Assembly: GCA_949291655.1 (NCBI GenBank)
Contig: CASEWT010000001.1
Location: 21,709-85,708 of the forward strand
Origin: an uncultured Bacillota bacterium
Lineage (GTDB): Bacteria; Bacillota_I; Bacilli_A; RFN20; CAG-826
Direction of reading: 5' to 3'
Length of the DNA stretch: 64,000 nt
Numbering within the stretch: the first letter of the stretch is position 1; each line of letters opens with the position of its first letter. Positions 59,616 to 64,000 of the stretch are shown here, piece by piece. The notes beneath the pieces are model-generated. The model saw only the letters and a list, made by a program, of their open reading frames with translations. It was not told where the DNA came from and ran no database searches. The translations under genes and the position numbers were made by a program.

Positions 59616-60358
59616 TCCGCTTTCTTTCCGTCGGTTCGGGGAGCAAGGGAAACGCCGTTCTTATTTATGACGAGGAGGCCCTTTTCCTTGTCGACATGGG
59701 GGTAAGCGAAAAGAGCTTGATCGCTGGCCTCTCCCGTCTTGGTAAGGGAATGGCCGACATCAACGCCGCCTTCTTTACCCATAGCCATAGCGACCATGTG
59801 AAGTCGGTGGCATTTCTTCCTCCGGGCCTCCCTCTTTATGCCGGGCGCTTGACGGTCGACTTTCCCCATGAGGTTCTTCCCCGCGGGAAAACCGTCGACA
59901 TCAAAGGCTTTCACATAACCGCAGTTCCCTCGAGCCACGATGCCAAGGATAGCCGCGGATATGTCTTTGAGAAGGGAGACGAAAAGCTTTCCTATTTGAC
60001 CGACACGGGCATTATCCCCGGCAAAACCCTTACTTATTTACGGAATTCAACCATTTTCTTTTTGGAAAGCAACCATGATGTCGATATGCTGAAACTTTCG
60101 GGCCGGCCTCCTATGCTCATCGATCGGATTCGTTCGAAAAAGGGACATCTTTCCAATCGGCAATGCGCCGAAGTCCTTGCCGAGGCCATCGGCCCCCGAA
60201 CGAAGGAAATTTGCTTGGCCCACCTCTCGGAGGAATGCAACGACCCCTTCCTTGCCATGGCCGTCGTCAGGGAAGGCCTCCTTGAAAAAGGTATCGACCT
60301 CGAGGCCCGGGGAATCGTCCTTAAGGCAGCCCTCCAATGGGAAATGGTGGAAGGGTAA
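59612..60358 (+). CDS. walJ: Metallo-beta-lactamase-fold hydrolase, WalJ/YycJ-like
   Basis: [32 protein letters not shown]...THSHSDH aligns with B. subtilis YycJ. It is followed by rlmH as yycJ-yydA is in Bacillus. Confidence 0.75.
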   Translation: MIRFLSVGSGSKGNAVLIYDEEALFLVDMGVSEKSLIAGLSRLGKGMADINAAFFTHSHSDHVKSVAFLPPGLPLYAGRLTVDFPHEVLPRGKTVDIKGFHITAVPSSHDAKDSRGYVFEKGDEKLSYLTDTGIIPGKTLTYLRNSTIFFLESNHDVDMLKLSGRPPMLIDRIRSKKGHLSNRQCAEVLAEAIGPRTKEICLAHLSEECNDPFLAMAVVREGLLEKGIDLEARGIVLKAALQWEMVEG

Positions 60359-60825
60359 TGAAGATCAAAGTCATCGGCATTGGCCGCCTAAAGGACGCCT
60401 ACCTTCGGGAGATGGAAGCCGATTATTTGAAGCGGCTATCCCGCTTTGCAAAGGCGGAGGTCGTCGAATCGGAAGACTTCCCGAATCGCCCGGGCGAAGA
60501 AGAAAAGGCGATGGCCCGGGAATGGGAAAGGACTTCCCGCCTCATCAAGCCGACTTCCTTCCTCTGCGCGCTCGACCCGCGGGGAAAGGAACTATCCTCC
60601 CATGAACTACCGGACTTCTTGGAAAAGGCCTCCATCAAGGGGAAGGGCGAGATCGTCTTCCTCATCGGCGGCTCTCTCGGCCTTGACGAAAAAGCCCGCC
60701 GGCGGGCGGACTTCCTCTTTTCTCTTTCGAAGCTGACGCTGACTCACGGTTTTGCCCGGGTCCTTCTTCTGGAACAGCTTTACCGGGCTTTCAAGATTGC
60801 CTCGGGCGAGCCCTACGACAAGTAA
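60358..60825 (+). CDS. rlmH: 23S rRNA (pseudouridine1915-N3)-methyltransferase RlmH
   Basis: MKIKVIGIGRLKDAYL... SPOUT fold. The ATG overlaps the walJ TAA. Confidence 0.88.
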   Translation: MKIKVIGIGRLKDAYLREMEADYLKRLSRFAKAEVVESEDFPNRPGEEEKAMAREWERTSRLIKPTSFLCALDPRGKELSSHELPDFLEKASIKGKGEIVFLIGGSLGLDEKARRRADFLFSLSKLTLTHGFARVLLLEQLYRAFKIASGEPYDK

Positions 60826-61656
60826 TCAAATCAACCCCAGTTTAAGCATCGCTTTCGCCCAGCCGTCCTCGTCGATGTCATCGGTAACGAAGCTGGCGGT
60901 CTTCTTGGCGTCTTCGACGGCGTTGCCCATGGCGACCGAGATGCCGGTATAGCCAAGCATGTCGACGTCGTTGTTGCCGTCGCCGATCGAAAGAGCGTTT
61001 TCCTTGTTCCAACCGTAATACTCGAGAACGGCTTGGATGCCTTTGGCCTTGTCGCTGTCCTTCGGCATGATATCGACGGCATATTCGTCCCAGCGGGCGG
61101 CCTTGCAGTTATGGAGGTGGGGGAGGAAGAGGTCTTCGTCGAATTGGTCGCAGAAGGCAATCATCTGGAAGACGGTGCGGTCATAGGGAATCGGGAACTT
61201 CCGGGGCTGGGGGAAACGGGTCCCGTATTTGGCGTGGGCGTCAATGACCCGGTCGTCGATCATGTTGATATGCCCCTCGCTTTCTTCGATGAGGGTCAGC
61301 CCGAATTTGAGGCGGTAGGAGAATTTGACCATCGCGTCGACGACGTCGGAGGGAATGGGATATTTGTAGATGACGACATCCCCGATGGCCGCGCAGGCGC
61401 CGTTCATCATGACGAGGCCGTCGGGTCGGAGGATGTTGAGGATGCCGGTCTTTCGGATGAGGTAGTAGTTGCGGCCGGAAGATAGGAAAACCTTTATCCC
61501 CTTCTTCTGAAGGGCCTTCACGGCGTCGATGGCCGAAGGGGCCACGCGCCCGCTTTTATGGGAAAAGAGCGTGCCGTCGATATCCGAGAAGACGACTTTG
61601 ATCTCACTTGCTTTGTTCACGCGGGTGCTTTCCTTGACTATTATTATTGCCGACAA
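60826..61656 (-). CDS. Cof-type HAD-superfamily hydrolase
   Basis: VFSDIDGTLF motif I, and GDGNNDVDM motif IV. The true start may lie downstream of the annotated ATG. Confidence 0.8.
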   Translation of the reverse strand: MSAIIIVKESTRVNKASEIKVVFSDIDGTLFSHKSGRVAPSAIDAVKALQKKGIKVFLSSGRNYYLIRKTGILNILRPDGLVMMNGACAAIGDVVIYKYPIPSDVVDAMVKFSYRLKFGLTLIEESEGHINMIDDRVIDAHAKYGTRFPQPRKFPIPYDRTVFQMIAFCDQFDEDLFLPHLHNCKAARWDEYAVDIMPKDSDKAKGIQAVLEYYGWNKENALSIGDGNNDVDMLGYTGISVAMGNAVEDAKKTASFVTDDIDEDGWAKAMLKLGLI

Positions 61657-61660
61657 ATCT

Positions 61661-61999
61661 ATGCTTTATCCAGAGTTCAGTCAATACGAAGCGTTCATCG
61701 ATCCCGAAATGCCCCTCGTCAATGCCTACCGGGCGAAGGAGGGCCACATCTTCTACGTGGAGCCCGGTTTCTACGAGGGCCTTATGGGCTATCGCGAACG
61801 GAGGTACGACCGTTTCGGGGAAATAATGAAAGCCATCGACGAAGTCGTGGAGAAGAACCCGCGGGTCATCTTCACCGGGAATTACGAATCGCCCTTCATG
61901 AGCAAAGACGGGTTCATTTACCGGGAAATCCAGGATGTTGCCGACCCCCTTGGCATCTACGTCGAGGACAAGTCGCGCGGGAGCGACTACGGAGACTGA
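61661..61999 (+). CDS. Hypothetical 112-aa protein
   Basis: Protein-like composition and GC3 in this frame (MLYPEFSQYEAFIDPEMPLVNAYRAKEGHIFYVEPGFYEG...). No clear RBS; it may be leaderless. The longer track ORF 61529.. overlaps the divergent HAD gene. Confidence 0.4.
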   Translation: MLYPEFSQYEAFIDPEMPLVNAYRAKEGHIFYVEPGFYEGLMGYRERRYDRFGEIMKAIDEVVEKNPRVIFTGNYESPFMSKDGFIYREIQDVADPLGIYVEDKSRGSDYGD

Positions 62000-62074
62000 G
62001 CCTCGTCCCGAGATGTAGAAAAAGAAAAAGTGGGAGCCGGGTGATGGCTGCCCGCTTTTCATGATGGTTTTCGA

Positions 62075-63271
62075 TTAGCCGTTGTAGGTCGGGCGAAGGC
62101 TCTTCATGCTCATCCACATGACCCGCATGCCGAAGAGGAAGATGTAGAAGAGGATGCCCCAAGCCGGGATGAGGAAGGAAGCGGCCATGGCGAGGACCGC
62201 CGGGGAGAAGGAAGCCCAGTAGGCAATCTTCTGCCCATCCCAGAAGGTGTAGGTGTTGAACGGGTTCCGCTTGCCCCTCGTCATGAGGAAGACCGTAAGA
62301 CCGAGGATGAAGGTCAGGGCCACGAAGATGGCGGCGTAGATGCCGATCCAGGTAAACCCGTTGATGAGAAGGGTGTAGTAGGCGGCTTCGTCGAAGACCT
62401 TTTGCCACGTGGCGCTTACGAGGCTTACGTATTCGCGGGGGTTCTCTTCGTAGGAAACGGCATAGGCGCCGCCATCATAGTCGCGGATGGCGATCGATCC
62501 AAGACTCAGCCCCTCGAGCTTCGGGGTATTCCATTCCCCGGTCGCGCTGCCGCGGACGGTGTTATTGCTTTCCCCGTCGTAATTGGGCAAAAGGTAAATG
62601 ACATAAGCTTGCTTGGAAAGGACCATGAAGGAGGTCGTTTTCAGGTCGTAGTTCTCGTTCCCGGATGTCGCCCGGTCGAGAACGACCTGAAGGGCGAACT
62701 CCTGGGCGGTGTACTGAACGTCGTCGCCAAGGTAATAGACGGCAAAGTCGACGGTGGTAACCGTTTCCGCCACGGGCGGTTCTTCCTCGATGACAATCGA
62801 GCTGGAGTTCGAGGTTTCGCTCGTCGGGATGTCGACGACCGTATGGGTATAGCTATGGAGATAGACCGGCCGCCAGGCATTGCCTTCGTAGGCTTCATCC
62901 CACGAGGTTCCTTCGTTCACCAGTTCCCCGTCCCTCACGACGAGGTCGACGCCTTTGGCCTCGAGATCGCGCGAGAAATCGGTCAAGGCCGTGTTGAGGC
63001 CGTAAGTCGGGCTGGAAAGGATGGCTCCTCCCGTCTCGCTAAAACTCGTGACCATGAAGGGGATGAGGGCGATGACGAGGGAAAGAACGGCAATGCTAAC
63101 CGGGGCATACCATTTCTTCTTCCGTCCTTCGACGCAGTAGTCGTTGCTGATCCAAGTCTTCAGCCAGAAAAGAATGGCTGGCCAGATCTTGGCTTTCCAG
63201 ACGTTGGTCTTTTTCGATCCCTTGGCGGGAGCGTTGACCTTTTTCGCTTTGATTTTCTTCTTGTTCGACAT
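62075..63271 (-). CDS. Hypothetical membrane protein: basic N-tail, TM, extracytoplasmic domain of about 240 aa, C-terminal TM pair
   Basis: MSNKKKIKAKKVNAPAKGSKK... then the TM YAPVSIAVLSLVIALIPFMV, an Asp/Tyr/Ser-rich ectodomain, and C-terminal TMs. Confidence 0.65.
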   Translation of the reverse strand: MSNKKKIKAKKVNAPAKGSKKTNVWKAKIWPAILFWLKTWISNDYCVEGRKKKWYAPVSIAVLSLVIALIPFMVTSFSETGGAILSSPTYGLNTALTDFSRDLEAKGVDLVVRDGELVNEGTSWDEAYEGNAWRPVYLHSYTHTVVDIPTSETSNSSSIVIEEEPPVAETVTTVDFAVYYLGDDVQYTAQEFALQVVLDRATSGNENYDLKTTSFMVLSKQAYVIYLLPNYDGESNNTVRGSATGEWNTPKLEGLSLGSIAIRDYDGGAYAVSYEENPREYVSLVSATWQKVFDEAAYYTLLINGFTWIGIYAAIFVALTFILGLTVFLMTRGKRNPFNTYTFWDGQKIAYWASFSPAVLAMAASFLIPAWGILFYIFLFGMRVMWMSMKSLRPTYNG

Positions 63272-63320
63272 GTCTATTCCTTAACTCGGGCTAGGTAACA
63301 ATACACCGAAGAAGGCGCAG

Positions 63321-63348
63321 GGACAAAGAAAACCCGCTTTCGCGGGTG
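63321..63348 (-). terminator. Hairpin terminator between two minus-strand membrane-protein genes
   Basis: CCCGC tttc GCGGG, followed by a U-rich run on the minus strand. Confidence 0.4.
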
Positions 63349-63369
63349 TTCTTGGCTTTGGATGGAGAA

Positions 63370-63936
63370 CTACTTTTTGGGGGTTTCGGTCTTTTCGATA
63401 CCGAGAGTTTCTTGGCGCTTGGCTTCGTATTCCTCAGCCGTGATGATGCCTTCGTTCATGAGCTGCCGGTATTCCTTGAGGGTGGCAATCCGGCTCTCAA
63501 GCTGGGCATTTTTGTAAGACGGGGAAAGAACGAGGCTCACCAAGAGACGGAAGACAGTGCTAAGGAGAATCGAAGCGGCGCCGACGATTTCAAAGATCGA
63601 GCCAACGCCGAGGTTATAGGTCGTTTGCGGACCGCTCACATAGCGGAAGGCCGTCACCAAGATGACGACGATCGGGCCGAGGAAAAGCCCGTAGCCCGTC
63701 AACTCTAGGTTGCGGTTTTTCGAGAAGATGAGAAGGCCGCCGACAAAGAGGGCGATGACGGCAAGCGTGGAAGTGAAGGGTAAGAGAACCGGAAGGAACA
63801 ATTGTTCGGTTGGGATGCCGGTTTCCCCGTTGATGGTGACGGAGTCGACGAAGGAGAAGAAGCAGCCGACGATAGCGGCGACGACGGCGAGGACCTTGAA
63901 AACGGTCGCGAGGATGTTGAAGACTTTGTTTGCCAT
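63370..63936 (-). CDS. Membrane protein with a C-terminal SHOCT domain
   Basis: Four or five TMs, then LESRIATLKEYRQLMNEGIITAEEYEAKRQETLG, which matches the SHOCT short C-terminal domain pattern (GIITEEEFEAKK). Confidence 0.7.
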   Translation of the reverse strand: MANKVFNILATVFKVLAVVAAIVGCFFSFVDSVTINGETGIPTEQLFLPVLLPFTSTLAVIALFVGGLLIFSKNRNLELTGYGLFLGPIVVILVTAFRYVSGPQTTYNLGVGSIFEIVGAASILLSTVFRLLVSLVLSPSYKNAQLESRIATLKEYRQLMNEGIITAEEYEAKRQETLGIEKTETPKK

Positions 63937-64000
63937 TTATGAAATAGCCCCTTTCATGCCTTTGATTGTAATTTTCCTTGTTTAAGAAAGAAACAGTCTT

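Overview
This 64 kb window is high-GC (roughly 57-58%) and spans the chromosomal replication origin of a Bacillota (Firmicutes)-like bacterium. Gene order matches the Bacillus origin region. On the minus strand: dnaA-dnaN-yaaA(S4)-recF-gyrB-gyrA, then a GT4 glycosyltransferase, a disrupted serS, a small SRP RNA, tadA, a MacB-like ABC transporter and the N-terminus of a P-type ATPase. On the plus strand: rpmH-rnpA-yidC-jag, a membrane protein, mnmE-tatD-rnmV-rsmA-ispE-glmU, then an accessory block of about 12 kb, then pth-mfd-yabO-tilS-ftsH-dusB, MarR plus two ABC exporters, lysS, rpsF-ssb-rpsR, gdpP-rplI-dnaB-walJ-rlmH, and finally HAD hydrolases and membrane proteins. There are DnaA-box clusters on both sides of dnaA. 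I found no tRNA or rRNA genes, CRISPR arrays, insertion sequences or prophage. The standard genetic code is used (TGA is a stop). Genes are tightly packed, with many ATGA or TAATG stop-start overlaps. The points I consider most worth follow-up are: (1) serS is broken in the sequence, with a frameshift plus a compressed motif 2; (2) an autoregulated RHH(DinJ-like)-DUF362/Fe-S-macro domain-small protein operon; (3) the TilS orthologue has a degenerate PP-loop (NYGAES instead of SGGxDS); (4) the two ABC exporters carry large insertions just before their nucleotide-binding domains (NBDs); (5) a promoter-to-terminator structured element of about 100 nt lies upstream of a possibly leaderless gdpP; (6) a roughly 90 nt SRP RNA that is absent from the ORF track; (7) an acidic lipoprotein built of four tandem repeats. 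All non-ORF coordinates were read by eye and may be off by a few nucleotides.
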